A stretch of DNA of 63,643 nucleotides, the filler included, from Reclinomonas americana ATCC 50394 (Eukaryota): assembly GCA_048213135.1 (NCBI GenBank). It is 10 parts of 10 records of this genome, joined end to end, with 100 filler letters (N's around TTAATTAATTAA, not from the genome) between each part and the next. Parts side by side here need not be neighbours in the genome. Positions count along the whole stretch, not along the records: positions 15,662 to 43,297 come from AFZH01020195.1; 9 more parts are not named here. One strand, 5' to 3'. Shown here in pieces: positions 25,246-40,200 of this stretch (its first letter is position 1; every line of letters begins with the position of its first letter). The position numbers and the translations under genes were made by a program. The notes under the pieces were generated by a model that had not been told where the DNA came from, did no database searches, and saw only the letters and a list, made by a program, of their open reading frames with translations.

Positions 25246-28200
25246 CTGATGACGCCGAGGAATGACTGGGGCAGCACTGGGAGTACGCCGCGCCCACTGC
25301 GAAGCTCCAGCAGCGCACAGCGGCGCGTGCAGCGGGACGTCACGGAAGGCTCCCGGCTGCTGAGCGCGCAAATGAAGCCGCGCGTCAATACCCAAAAGCC
25401 ACACGAGAACATTGGCCACATATCGCGCCGTTCCTGGCAAACAAGTGCGTAAATCACATTGAGGCGTCGTTCGCCGAGTGATAGCAAACCACAATTCTAC
25501 ACACCAGTGCCATTGAAATACGCCAGCTCAGACAACTTTGTCAGACCGCTGTCGAAAACGATTCGCCCGCGCTGTCGGCCGTCTGTGGCGACGGACCAAT
25601 CGCAAAATGCAAGAGCCGTTCTGCCATCAGATCCAACCTGCGCAAACCATGCCGCGGCTTAACATAGCACCAACCTCGGCTACAAAATACGTCGAACACC
25701 ACGCACCGCAAGCTGACGAAGCTCTGGAAGCGCAGGCTGGTTGGGCAATCTTCGAGGCTCGATCGTGCAAATGGTGTCACCCTCGAAGAGCTCTGTCGCA
25801 CACAGTCAGTCATGTGAAACATGACAGCAACGAAAGTGTTTTTTTTTTTGACGCACGACAGAGTCCGCTGGTGACGGGGTGTTCGGCGAACTCCAGTCGC
25901 TCCAGCGGCCGGTCTTTGTGAGCCGCCGGACGCACCCTCATCTCCTGGCGGCCAGCGTTTCCACGATCGACAACCTCCCACTACAGACAGATAACAACGA
26001 CAATGAGTCTTAAGCGACATCGGCCAGCGACACGAAACTGGATAATTTGACCGCACCCCGGTAAGGCGCTCCATCACCACCGCTGCATGATCAATGTACG
26101 GCATATTGTCGGCGCAAATAAGGAGTCCGCCACCGCGAAGATGGAAGCGCTCGCATGCATCTGCAAGTCGCTGCCAACCATCCAACCATTCGGCATCGGA
26201 CGGCGGTCGTCGGAAGCTGTCTCGCCAGTCCAGCGCGTCACTGGAGATGAGAATGGCCACGGAAGCACCGCGGCGACCGTCCCATTCATCCAGTACCCGA
26301 ATGAAGTCCTCTTCAGTGTCTGCGTCAATGCGGCGGAAGCCCTTCGTCTCCAACAGTGGATGGACAGTCTGATGCAATTGAGCCTCGTGGCGCTGTCGAC
26401 GCACGAAATTGCCGATAAGAATTGTGAATTCGCCAAAGCGTCCGTCGCGACCGAGGTCGTTCACAGTCTCCACCGGATTTCGTTGCTGTTTGGTGCTGAG
26501 CACCGGATTCACCAGACCTGCACGTCTACGTCAGCTCCAAAGCACATAGACGCTCGGTGAAGAAGTGCACAAGTGCTGCACAAACCGTTAAATACGTTGA
26601 GATAGCGCAGCAGCTGCGCATCCTTCACCAGGTGGTAGCTGTTGCAACCGCAACTTGATGATTAGCAGCCGTATTGCAATTGTTTGAGTGAAAGGCAGCC
26701 GACGACACAACACACCGCAGGAAGTAATTCACACGCCACTGCACCAAGTGGCTGAGGTCGACCACAACGGCAGCATTGCGCACACCGCCTGCGCCCATGC
26801 CAGCCGGAAGTTCGAGCGTGCGAATGCGCTCCTCAATTCCCATGCGGAAACGTGACACTCGTCGCGCGCCTTCGCGGGTCTCAGTGCCGAGGCGACCGAG
26901 CTCGCGTTGTCGGAGTGATCGAATGCCCCAGTCAAAGAGCTCAAACACTGGCTGCGTCGCCAACTCATCTGGTACCTGCAATCACATCGAAGGCATCAGA
27001 CACCACAACACACGCCTTGAAACCACTAGTCAGAGCGTGTGAGGTTCAACGCAACAAACGTCTCGTTGCTGCACAAAATAAGTCGCTGCCAGTTGACTCC
27101 AAGTTCACCACCGGGTCGCAGCAATCCGTGCAACACAGATTCAGGGACAAAGAACGTGTTCGGGGCGCCCTGTCCGGGAATGACCACTCCGTGGAAGCGC
27201 CACAACGGAGAGCTGGCAAGTTGCTCCAACTGGTCCATGTCTTCAGTGGGGCGGCTGACCATCGAAGCATCACAGTGAACCACGCGCGCGTGAGCTATTC
27301 GCTCGCCACAGAGACTATCAGCTTCACATTATACACACATACCGAGCCATGAGTTGCGACGTGAGAACAATATCTCGATGCATGGATGGCGGGTACGGAT
27401 ACTTGAGACGCGCGGCTATCTCCAAGCATACATCATAGGGGATTCCGCGATGACGAGTGTCCGCAACTGTCCATACAACACGTGAATGATTAAGAGCTCG
27501 CGGCAAGAGTTTCACGAGAATACCGCACACATGCACTCAAGAACACGCACTGATGTGGAATGTCATCGGCACGAACGGTGCAAAGAGAGACGTCAGCCAC
27601 AGCATGGAAGCCTCAGCCAGCTTCTGCTGCCTGAGTGCCGGCTCATCTGGGTGCTGAACAGCCATGTAAATGGTTGTCCTCTCCAGCAGCACAAGAACGA
27701 GATCTTGTCGCTGGCGACATTCTTCCGGAGTACCACGGGCAACTCGGAGATTAGTTGCGAAACTGCGATCGCAAGCACAGGAATGAGTTTCTTTCACAAC
27801 TGTGCAACAACACAGAGTGCGCGATTATGCGCACCTACTGGCCCAAGTGAACAGCTTCTGAAGGAAACCAAAGTCGCGGCACAAACGCAGCAGCTGTTCG
27901 CGAAGCACGTTCTCCTGGCTGACGATCATCGCGCCAGCAAAGTGCTGCTCGTCACGCAGGTGGCGCAAAAACTCCAAGAACTCGGAAAAAATGCGGTGGT
28001 GCACTGTACCCTCCAAGACACTGACAGGAGCATCGCGAAGAAGCTTCCAGCCAGAGTACAGGATGGGACAAGTGGGATTACCCGAATCAGCATTGTCAAA
28101 GTTGAAGTGCACCAACTGCGACATGTGCACGCTGCGTGAATACACACGCGAAGCACGACACGTACGATAAAACGCAGCATGAACGCACGCATTGAACGCC

Positions 28201-28267
28201 AAGCTCTGTGTCCAGTTCAACAAGTGCGCACAGGTTCGACGGGTGAATGGCCTGACGTGTGGGTGAT

Positions 28268-28298
<31 letters not shown>

Positions 28299-31200
28299 TA
28301 CCCACACATACATACAGGGCGCCGAGTCAGATGTCAGAGAGTTAAGAGGACAGGAACTCAGCATTCACCTGCAACACTGAGCCCGGGCTTGGTGCAGACT
28401 TTAGAAGGTTGAGCACAGCAGTCGGATCCTGCAAGTAGTTTTCCTCCCACTCAGTCTTGACGATCTCCCAAGGAATGGTGGCGTTCACATCCTGAGGCAT
28501 GCAAAATGAATAGTTTAGAGCGTTGAGATTAGGGTAACACGCACACACGCACGCACACACACACACATACACGCACCAGCTCGGCCTTAATCTGAGGAAA
28601 GTCAACAAGAAGAAGCACATCAGATCGTCACCGAAATTGCAAACAGAGTCAATGTGTGAATGAGTAGTTGACGCACCCACTGCAGATTGCGGTACACACG
28701 CGGATTTTCCACACGGCGGCAGATAGCGCGACAGCGAGTGAGATCTGACACTCTACCAGGACCGACCACGCGGGGGAACCCCTCCTGCAGCGAGCCACAA
28801 GCATGTTCAGATTGTCACGTGCTTGAAGACAAGCGCCGCAAAGAACTCACTTGATCGAGAACATCAAGCCGCTGCAAGCTGGCAGGATCAAACACGACAG
28901 GCGATTCACATGCAGCCGTCACATATTTGATCCACAAAGCAACTCGCATGAGAGGGTGCATTTGACGGATGTGAGGTGAGTTGAACGCGACAAACTCCGG
29001 GAAGGACATGAGGACTGCACGAGAGTACAGTGAGCAAACAACGCAAATCGGCCGGTAAGTATCGTGTAGCTTCCAACCGTCTTCCTGATCAAGCAGTGCC
29101 ACCTGGGAAAAGCATAGCGGTTCATGCGTGCATGTCACAACACAAAACAACACGCAGCAATGATCTGACAAACCGAAAAAATAAAGTTCAGCGGTGAACT
29201 GTCTGCGTAGTTGCACGAAAATGGACCGAGGCCGCCAACCAGTCGTCGCTCCCAGCCAAGCAAGGTGGCAACCAAATGCGATGCAGCAACTCTGGTACGA
29301 CCAACAGCAGCACTCCGTCGGATTCCCTCAACAAAGGCGTGATCGACACGCGACACAATGAAGGTGGCCAGCTCACTGAAACAAAATCTCAGTATCTACA
29401 CCACTTGTAGCAACGGCATCGAAAACGCACCGCGCGAGGTAGCCGCCCACAGAGGGCTCCTTGGAGAGTAGACTGTCGGCAGCGATGGGCACCCAGCTTT
29501 GACGCATCTGCTGATTCGCCAGTGCTTGATTCAGCATCATGCTGACGCGAATCGACAGAGTATCGTCGCCAAAGAGCATCCGGCAGGCAATGCACCACTG
29601 GTTGATAAACATGAGGCGGTCGACGCTGTTGGGATCGTCGTCTGCCATGAAATCCGTCGCATTGCTGACGCATTGAAGAATCTTGCTGATCTGAAGCGGC
29701 AACAGCGATTGTTTAGAAAGAGGCTCGAGGACAAGAAAAGACATACGGACACGAGCAAGCCCCTCGCAATCTGCCGCAGCACACACACCACACACACAAC
29801 TTCGTCAAATGCCTACGCACCTTCAATCGGCCCATGGCCAGGCGACCTGGAGTACGCCGCTCTTGGATGAGTGCTTCGTCGTTGCGATCATGGCGATTCG
29901 CGATCAGGACAACTCGAGGCTTAGCTTGTTGAGCGTGCAGCCAATCAAACAATTCGCGTTTGCTGACTTCAGTCATCTGTCAGTGCATATTTGACAGAGC
30001 GGCGTGTCAGCAATCACGTATTCGAGGCCACATCCGCGAAACGCGAGAGCTCACCAAATGAAACTCATCAACGATAAGCAAGGCACGACTGACGTCAACA
30101 TCACGGAAGTGCTCGTTTAGCACCGTGCGAATAGGGCCTGTCCACAACTGGTGAGAAGAAACGCAAGCAACATAAACGGCTTTCGACAAAAAGATTGCGC
30201 AACATCGAATGAGCAGATCATTGGAACCGTCAATGCGCACAGTGCGATAACGACCACGAAGTTGCGCAGAGACCAATACGTGGAGCAGCCGCCGCTCGAA
30301 ATCGAGCTGGAAAGACACGGCAACCATGCCACCTGCTTGTTGCACTGATTCGACGCCCTGCAGCTGCTCAGCTCGCTCATCACGCTGCAAAAAATCACGG
30401 ATTCGTTCCAGCAGGAAAGTTTTGCCCGCGCCCGGAGGGGTGATGATCAAAAACGGTGCGCCGGGAACAAGGTAATCTTGGTTTCCTGCAGCTCCAGACC
30501 CAAACACAGATCGCAACAGGTGCTCTTCCCAGTTGGTCAACTTCGCCGACGGGACCTGCTCGTCCCACCTGTCAAACATCTGTGACAACGGAGACGTAAG
30601 AGTCTATCAAACGTGGTGCAGGAGAACGGCGAGAACAAAGTAACCGGCAGATCCTGGTCTAGACTGGCGCGTTCGCACGACTCGCGCGTAAGCAGTGCCA
30701 TGTCTCCTTGGTGGTAGTGGAAGTCTTTCATACGCTCCATCGTGTGTGCAGAGTTGATACGCGAAAAGTCGGTGTCGATGAATCGGATGCGGTCACGGAC
30801 CTGAAGCGATCGTTAAATAATCGTGTGCATTAACTACAAGCATACCACTGCCGCCCAGCAACAAACCTCGGGAAGATTGCGCGAGCAATCAATCTCCTGG
30901 ATAATGAACCAGCACCTTTGGAAATAGATGAGACACAAGAAGCCAAGAACGAGTCGAAATCAACACTTGTCACCATGGTTGATCTTTTGTGAATTCGAGG
31001 ATCCACTTCAACAACCGGTCTGCAATCATGTAGTTTGACGATGCTACGCATGTAACACACAGGCACACGCACACACACACACACACACACACATACACAC
31101 AGCCGTCTGTCAGAGACAAACCAAGTCGGTTAAAGCATGGGCAGCAACAGAAACCTTTCAGCACAATGATAAAGTTGCCCTCGGTTAGCAGCCCAAGCAT

Positions 31201-34200
31201 CTGTCCGTACATGTACTCACTCGAGCGCACGCTGCTCAACTGGTACTCTCTGTTTGGCAGCGGAGTTTCGTCACCAGGGTCCAGAAGCTCGCGTACGCCC
31301 TGAAAATAAAATAGCACAGGAACGATAGTCAGCAAATCGAGTGTGCGCAGCGAAGGCAAACTATCAATACGCACATGACGCTTGAGAGCAAGCACACCGA
31401 AACCATCTTTGCGTTGCAGCAAACGTGATCTTGCCTGACCGAGTGGGACGTCCAAATTCGACAGCATCTCACGGACGGGGCACACTTGTTGCAGCGACGA
31501 CATGACAACTCGACACTGCAGCGATTCCTCACTCTGGCAACAAAATCGCAGGTAAGCAGTCGATTCTGTATGATGCCTAACACAAGTACGGAGGCGATCG
31601 TGATCAAACACAAACCGTGACAAACACCCCTTCGCGAGAAACAATCGGAACTTGAGCACCGCGATCGTCAACCAAACGTTGGTCAAAGAGCTCTTCCAGC
31701 ATGTAAGCACGAGCTGCCTGAGACAGCGGTGCAACCAAAACGTGATAGAGCCATCGTCTGAATGCAACGCCGGAGCTCATCAAACGCGGCGAGTAGCACT
31801 GCAGTCTATGACACGTATTGCAGCTGAAGTAAGATAACGACGCACTCACGAAGAAGTACTGCAGTGCGTCACCTGAAGAAATCAGCCGTCAGAACGGCGA
31901 TGGTAGCGCCCTACTCAGAAAAAGCGCGAGTTCAATGAGACGTTCTGTAGCATATGCAAAGATCAGCAGTACTGCATCTTACCTTGGCAAATCGCCACTC
32001 ATGCACGCGAGTTGGTGGCTCGAGTACCAAAATCGGAAGTTCGATACCCAAAATGTCGAGCACACTCGGCACATCGTCGCCAGCTTCATGAATCTCGTCC
32101 TGGGCCACCGTGGTTGTGCACGATACTCGGCGCTGGGCAAAGTCGCAGAGAAGCTCGGGGAAATGCTCGCAGCGCACACAAATACTTGTCTGCGCTCGAC
32201 GCTTGAGCAAGTCATGGGGAAACAGCGTTTGTAGCAGCGGCGCGAACTCGATTCCAGGGAGGAGACCTTGAAGCGGTCCCTATGTGCATGTCGCGCAACA
32301 AGGTGAGGAGACGCAAAGAAAGGGGGGTTACGACTGAGCAGTGAACAACGTACGTTTGCATTGGTTGCAATGTCGACCAGCTCCTGCAGTTCTGTTTCGG
32401 AGATTGTAATACTGCTGATTGCACCGCGCAGCCATTCCTGGGTGGCTTGGTACAGATCAGCAACGTACTCGAGTCGAAGCATCTCGTCTGCGACTCTGAA
32501 GTCCTTCAGTTGCAGCCTGATCTTCGGCGGGACTTTCATCTCCGTAGTACGAAGAACATGTCCGAGCATGATCTGCACATCCAGGAGACGCTGTGCAACG
32601 GCAGAGTTGGGATTCACCTCACCACAGCCACATCACCGACCGAGTCTCATCCACTCACATCAGTGTACGCCGCAGGTCGATAACTCGGCGGTGCCCTTCG
32701 CAGCCGAATTCGAGGTGTCGGTGGATCCGGAGTTGTCACAATGCTAATGGCAAACTGACAGAATGATACAAACAGACGTCGCGTGTTGCCAGAAAACCGC
32801 AGTACATCGGCGGCGACGAGCAAATTCACGGGCAGCGGCTGCAATTGGACGAGAGGTGAGACATACGCGGAGCTGAAGTGATTGCAATGACCCATGCATT
32901 TCCGCTGCACACCATGGACTCGCACTGCCGTCGTAGGAATGGTTCAAACCCGACTCCAGCAATCGTTCGCACGTCGATAATGTGAACCTGAAAAGACGCA
33001 GCTCACCAGAGTCAGGCTTCTTCGAAATAGCCATCGCATCGGAGAGAAGAATCGCACTTTCCACAAATCTCCCGCTGCGCGGCGAAGAATCATACCGCGA
33101 CCGACAAGAATCGACTCTGTAGGCAGTTTCTGCAGCTCTGCCCATATCGAATCTGCGTCGCCGTAGAAACGCCAAGTTGTGCCCTTGGACTGGTGTTTAG
33201 AAACACAAAATGAATCGTACATGGAATGAGTGAAAACTTTCGTCCGCGCACGAGACAGCTGTACGCAACGTATGTTGCACTTTCTGCAAGCCTTGAGGGC
33301 ACAACATGGTAGATATTGCACCCATCTTCTCCGAAGCCAAGCCACTTGCACGACAGTTCGCGGTTTTGAAGTAGCCAACCCTTGTCTGCATTGTGATTGT
33401 CAACTTCATGCTCGGCATAGCGCAAAAAAATATCTCGCGCGCTTGACGTAGACACGAACCGGTTGCAAGACGAATCTCGGTGGAGTACTGCTGGAAGTGG
33501 AGGACAAACAAATCCGGGCACAACACAAGCACTGGTGACTGGTCACTAGCACGGCGGATTCCCACCTCGCCAAACAAGTCGCGGACTCCTTGCACTTCAT
33601 CGCTCCTGACATCAGTCGCCTGAGGTGCTGGCTGGAAAAGTGGAACAGCAAGGTGCGACGGCTGGTCTACAGCGTTGTCGTGGTCGTCCTCGCCATCGGC
33701 TACAGCAGCAAGCGTGTGTAGAGAGTGAGAAGTTCACGAATCTTCTGAGCTCCAGAAAGAACAGCAATCATTCACCAGGCGCCGCTTGTTGAACTCCATC
33801 GCCCGCGAAAACGTCGTGCTGACTCACATCAGCATGAAGGCGCTGCACAAATTCCAAGTCCAACTGGCCAGTTGTAACCAGCGGCAACTGAAGCTGCACT
33901 CCATCGCCGAACACCTGCACATAGTGCTCCATGCGGTCCAACTAGCGACACAACAATGAGCAGCGCACCACACTGGCGCGACTGCGCTCGGGCGACACTA
34001 ACCGGAATTCCACATCTCTGTGCCTCAAGAGTCGTCCAGCGAAGTTCCCGGAAGGTGCTGCTGCATACGGCGAGGCCATGCCGTTCGTACTCCTGCAGCA
34101 GGCACTGCAACGCGTACGACGAAGACGTGCCGAGGCCAAGTCTTGAAACGGTGAACCGGAAAACAGCTGTTTGAGCAGCGTAGGTAAAAGTACACCGCTA

Positions 34201-37200
34201 CCACATTATTAAGCAGGAGAAGAGATCACGCTACACACCGGCACAGTACTCCACACGGTCGCGGACAGCAGCTATTCCCGCGACGTAGAACTCAATCATC
34301 GAGGCAACGTAGACATCGCGAAGGTCTGCCATATCGCTCTCTACGCGCAGTGCAATTTGCGCGAATGCGCTGCAGCTGTCACGTACAAACCGAGTGCGGT
34401 TCACATCGCCGGCTAGCGGAGCCACTTCTTGGGCAAGGGCCTCTCCGAAGAGACGGCCAAATTCAGCGGGGACAGTGCCATACATATGCAGCAGGTCGGC
34501 ATCTCGCAACAGCGATTGCTGCGCATGCCGGTGAGAGCGATGAGAGAAGCGGTAAAGTAGGCACCACAGTTGCAAATGAGACGTGCCTCAGTTTCTGGCA
34601 TAAGGCGCATATTTTCGGCCCACCGCGACAGATTCTCCACATGTGCATCAAATCTTGCTCGGCGCGGAGGATGAGACGAGCGAAAAGGTTAGTAAATGTG
34701 CTGTATATTTAAACAGAACGCACCTCGGCACTTCCCCAAGCGATAGCAGCGCGGACCGAAACACGTCTGCATTTGCATTGACGACTCAAGGGTCAACGAT
34801 GAAGTACACAGACATGCCGATACCAGCACACCCGATTCAAAAACTCACCGAGTGTCCCAGCAACATCTTCGGGTCGTCGGTTGCCAAAGCGGAACAATGG
34901 ACGGGGGCGACTGAAGGTTGAGTTTAACGTTGACGGCAGCGGAAGCAACGTCTACGAGGACCTAACAATTAGCGAACATTCTAGTTCGGAGTGCGCTGCA
35001 CTCACGTACCATGGAATGGTTGATTCGTTGCACTCGGGCAATCTCTTCCATCACGGGCCCAAGCACATCCTGCGGAGAGCGCAGGGCTCGACGAAGCGCC
35101 TTGATATAACGCAAAGACAGATGAGCACTCAAAAGAAACACAGTGCTGTACGGATGTGTCGACTTCCTAACCGCTCTGTCGCCACCAGCAGCATTGATAA
35201 GTCGCCGGCGTTCAGCGACAGGGCGCATCCACAAACGGAGGCGATCCAACGACACTCCAGCTGACAGGAACCAAAAGAGAATGACTGGAAATAGAGTCGA
35301 GGTCAGTAACGAACTGAAACTTTCAGCAAGAGCGTGCGACGAACCGAGAGCGGCGAGAGCGCGAGTTCCGGATGCTCGGTCGATGTTCCCGTACGAGTCA
35401 AGAACCACAAGCTCTCGAATGTGCTGAAGAACGATCAGGTTGTCACCGATCGTGGCTGGGGTCATTCCGCCCATAATATTCAGATGAAGAGACAGCTCCT
35501 TGGTGACAAGCTGCTGTATCGTGTCGTCATCAGATGCACGCGCGACGTACATGTCTGACGGGAAATCGTGTTCCAAGTCGAAGGCGGCAAGCTGGGAGAG
35601 AGCTTCCTCAGACGCAACAAACTCACGTATATGGCACGCAACAAAACAAAGGATACCTCATCTTGGTCCACCCGCCGACGCGAGTCCACAAACACGTGAA
35701 TCTCGTACGAGTGCAAGCCGCTGGGACTCGCTTGGTCTGGACTCTGGTCTGTTACCAGCAGTGACAGGAGATCTAACGGCCTGTCACCCATGACGTTGGC
35801 GTAGAAGTTGAACAACTCAGGTTCTAGTCGGTAGGGCTGCAGCTGCAAGTGAGACACATGCTGCGATTTTCGGAGACGTCAATCCACGTACCTGCATGAA
35901 GAAGCGTGCAAAGTCGTCGCACAAATCAGGGTACTGTCTCACGAAACGCTCATGTGCAGTCAACGGATGCCGCCGCATCTCCTGTGACAAGGACACGCTC
36001 GTGAACGAAGAATGGTTCAGGTGCACATATACGAATTGAACTGAACGTACCTGGAACCAAGCAACTTCGTCATTTCGCGGAACTGCAGATATTGGCTCGA
36101 CAGGGTGAATGCACCATGCGAGAAGCATGAGGAATCGATTCGAGGCAGTCAGGCGTTCCCGAACGTCCGCCTGCACTCCCATCACTGCATATCAGCACCC
36201 AGACACGCAAAGCTTGTGACCACACATACGCATTCACGCAACTGCACGGCGTGCAACAGAGAGCAGCGTACTGATGCGCGACCCACCGCCACCGAGGAGG
36301 CGACTGATGTCATCCAAAATGGCTGGCACCGACTCGCCATCTGCATTACGCATTAGCAGCATGCACAACAGGCAAACGGGGTCGACCGCAACCAGCATCT
36401 ACCAGCTACACGACGGCGAACTTGATCATCAGAGAACTGATCGAGAACCACCTCAATCATTCTATCCATTACAATGGCAGCACGTTCCTCGCCGATGTCG
36501 CCAAGAAGACTGAGGTTGCGTTGTCGCTTGGCGTTGATGACACTTCGAATACGGGACCCGGACGGCAGCCGATTACAGAGAGCATCTGCACAAAGTCGAA
36601 CCCTCTCATCCCCACCTTCAATTGACACACAGACAAGATAGTCAGCTTACTGAGCGAACGATGGCAAGTGCAAGTCATCAAATTCACCAACAACAAGGTC
36701 AACAAAGGCGAACATGTCATCTCGTGTCAATCTCGGTGCCGAGTCCAGAGCGGCAACCCAGTCAAAGAAAAACTGCTCGCATTCGACATCCTCCGGCTGC
36801 ACAGCACTCATCTCCGTTAGCAAACAAACATCAATGTCGTAGGCTGTGATGTCGTAACCATCACGACTCACCCCGTAGACCTCGAGAACCAAATTCACAA
36901 AGCTCTCAATACGCGCATCTCGCTGATCGGCAGCCGATGTCAGCCGATTGACCATCGTCGGCATGCAGCGACCGCTTGCATGACATAAGAACTCGCGCAT
37001 GAGTCGCACATCTGTGGCCGTTGGGGCGCTTTGCAGAATGTAGTTGCAGAACCCGCGCAACAACGGAAGCTATAGATGCGGAGTGAACAACTGCCACGAC
37101 TCCAGAAGCGCTGACCGCAACCCAAACACTGACCTGTAAAATTCCAGTTGCAGACCGATTCACTGCGACCTCATTCGACAGCAGAAAGTGAACAAACGCC

Positions 37201-40200
37201 GCACCAAATCGCTGTTGCCTGCTCTCATGCACAACAACTGTTAGTGACTGAAGATGTGGAGATAGAAGTGGGTGACAAGCAGCGAAACGGTTCAGTGATG
37301 AACTGTGCTTCATCCTGCGTCATCTGCACCATCTTCTCGTGGACAGCGTGGTGAGCGAGCAGAAGATCGGGCGGGCCTGGTGCAGTCGCGCATGAGATTT
37401 GTCAGTTGCATTTTTCAACGATCACAAGACTAGTAATCACACACGGGTACACCACCGTTCAACGACAATAGGATTCGCAATGTTTGCACGTTTGGCTCAC
37501 GGATTGTTATCTGCGCCCACAGTGAGTGAACACGTGACATACATATGCTCAATGGAACTATAAATCGCAACTGGGATGCCCAACAGGATGTCGACCTCAT
37601 CGTTGGTGAAGACCGTGTCCTCCATGTGTCCACCCATAGCCAAGTACCAGCGGACGACGAGAATCGTGCGGCGCAGCGCATCTGAATGCTGCGCACGAGT
37701 AAGCAAACAAAAAAGTGCAACACGTCCACAACCACTGCGATGGGATTCACGAACCACCACATGTTGCAAGAGCGGAGACTGGACAATGTCGCACAACAGA
37801 CGCAGCTGCGTGTTCAAGATCTCATCCGATGTTGTCTCTGCCATCACCTCCAGAGTGATCACCAGCGACTGAATCGGATAGTAGCACAAGAACTTGAGTG
37901 GAAACGATGTTGAAGTAGTCACGTGGAGCAACTGGCGCAGAGTGAGTTTGAATCGATGAAGGTGCTCGACCAGGTCATTCCAATCCAGAGAGTCGGGATG
38001 CACCACCAAGCGAGATAGGTGCTGCTCAAACATCGAGATGGTGCTGATGGCGTTTGTCTCGCGCGCAGCGTATTGCACAGGACTGTGCGCAATGACACAG
38101 TGAGAACGCTAACAACAGCAGACAAAAAATCATCCTGAAGTTACGAAACTTTTCTGTACCATCGGGCGCCACACGAGCAACGCGGCGATAAAGCGACTGA
38201 ATGACAGTGGTACTGTCGGTGGTCAGCACGAACGTCGGCCCAAATATCGGTGTGGCATCGGTGTCGTCGGGCACGGCAACGAGCTGGAGCAGCCGTACGT
38301 ACATCTCCAGCACAATCTGCTGTGGCATGAATTGCAGGATTGGAGAGAGCAGAGGATCTGCAAGAAAATCCTCAAGCAGCACATCCTCCTGCGCAGAATC
38401 GCATAGGCACATCCATCGATCGTGAGCTTCGCGCAAAATCTTTCCGGAACAACAATGCACACCTGTATTCGTTCCTGCTGTCGATCTGGATGCAGGAATG
38501 TGATGTACAGGAGGCCGAAGAATAGCTCTGGCTGCGCGAGAGAGCCAGGGCAGCGGGTCTCCTCAGCAGCGATCCTTTCGCGCAACATGCGGCTTGTCGA
38601 AGAAATGTCCTTGGCAACAAACTCCAAGTGGAGGCGACCGACGACAAATTCCAGCATCCTCGCACACGCCGATTCGTCACACTCTGGGAAGCGTTCTCGC
38701 AAGACTTTGGAGATGCCAGAGATGTCAACACTTCCGCTCGCACCCAGCACTCCGGCCAGCACTGGAACAACGGTAGAGTTGACCCAGCTGCCACAAAAGA
38801 CTCTAAACAGGCCGTAAGAAAGAGTCAATGTGATACATGCTCTCTCATCACGGCAGGATCGCGAAGAAAGTGATCTCACCGCAGCGCACGGAAAAGTGCA
38901 CGGAATGATGTCTCGCGTGCGACGATCTCCTGCTGTGAAATGGGAGGCGCAAGAGCCAGGGCGCCGACCATAGGCTGGGCATCCACCGGAACCTGCTCGA
39001 CTGAAGAATCAAATGCAGGCATTCGAATGCTGGTGGAATCACCAGTGAGTTTTCGCACAGCTGTCAGGAGCGCGACGACACCGCGACTCACCGAAACGTG
39101 TTGATCAAGTACACTACGCCACTGACAGACAGCTGCGAATGCCGAGGCAACCGGTGACTGAAGACGAATACAGCCTTGACAATAGGCTCCACGCTGTCGT
39201 CAGTACGAACAGTGCACTGAGCGGCGAGTTGACTTGTTTGCTCGTCGTCAAGATGCTCGGCATACAAGAAGGTGAGGCATTGCTCTGCCTGTGGCAGCTG
39301 CTGGATACGCAGAATCGTCTGCCGCAAGTTCGCAATATCGTCGAACTCGCGACGGCAATCGACCATCTGCATCAAGACATGGAGTGGGTCATGCAAACAA
39401 ACATATCGACCACACTTTGCAAGCTAACAGGCACGTGCGACCAGGCCACGAAACTTGCATATTCAACATGGAAGTGATCTTGCCACCAAGGAGCAGCGGA
39501 TCTCGACACTCGACGAAACAGACGTTTTCGAAGGGATTTCTTGCGCGACCGGCATCGCTCATGAAGTTGAAAAGTACCGTGTGGTTGGTCTCGTCGACAA
39601 CATGCTGCTTGACGTGTGGAGCCGCGTCGCGCAGTATTGGAAGAAACTCGTCCAGTCGATTGATGCCGTTGCTGTTAATGTCGTGGAGCGCCGGTGATGA
39701 GGTGCCGTATGCCTACAAAATGATGACGGTCAGTCAACTTTCCAGGTACCTCACTAAGTGCAAAGAATTCCTCGTACTTTGCACTGGGGAACGAGCACTG
39801 CAAGCGTGCTTGCAGGCACATGCAAGTTCGCGAAGAGCTCAGGAGGCAACATGAACACACTCCGTAGAGCATTCTCGTCGGCGACTACGCAACAGACAAA
39901 TAAGAACGCGGTGGTGGTACGAAGATTGCAATGCAAAGCTCACCAAGGAAGGTGCGTAGCTGCGGCTGCTGGCAGGTACGGAGCAGCTGCTGCAAAACAA
40001 ACGTAGGGACGCTCCCCTCCAGCCAGACCGTCGTAAACTGGAACATGCATCGAGACGCCTGCGGAGAAGCAAAGAACTTGAAATCAGTGAACTATGACAA
40101 GTGGGATGAGGGTTTGTAACGAGGGACCTCTTCTTTGATGCGCTGCACTTCGTGGTGGACGTTGAGTTCTGTGACCTCGTGACTAGACGCATTCACAGTG

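Noticed and set aside
30050..30450. GKT plus DEFH as an SF2 DExH helicase
   Set aside because: Followed by an AAA+-style helix and VVLIAN sensor-1 strand; helicase motifs III-VI were not found.
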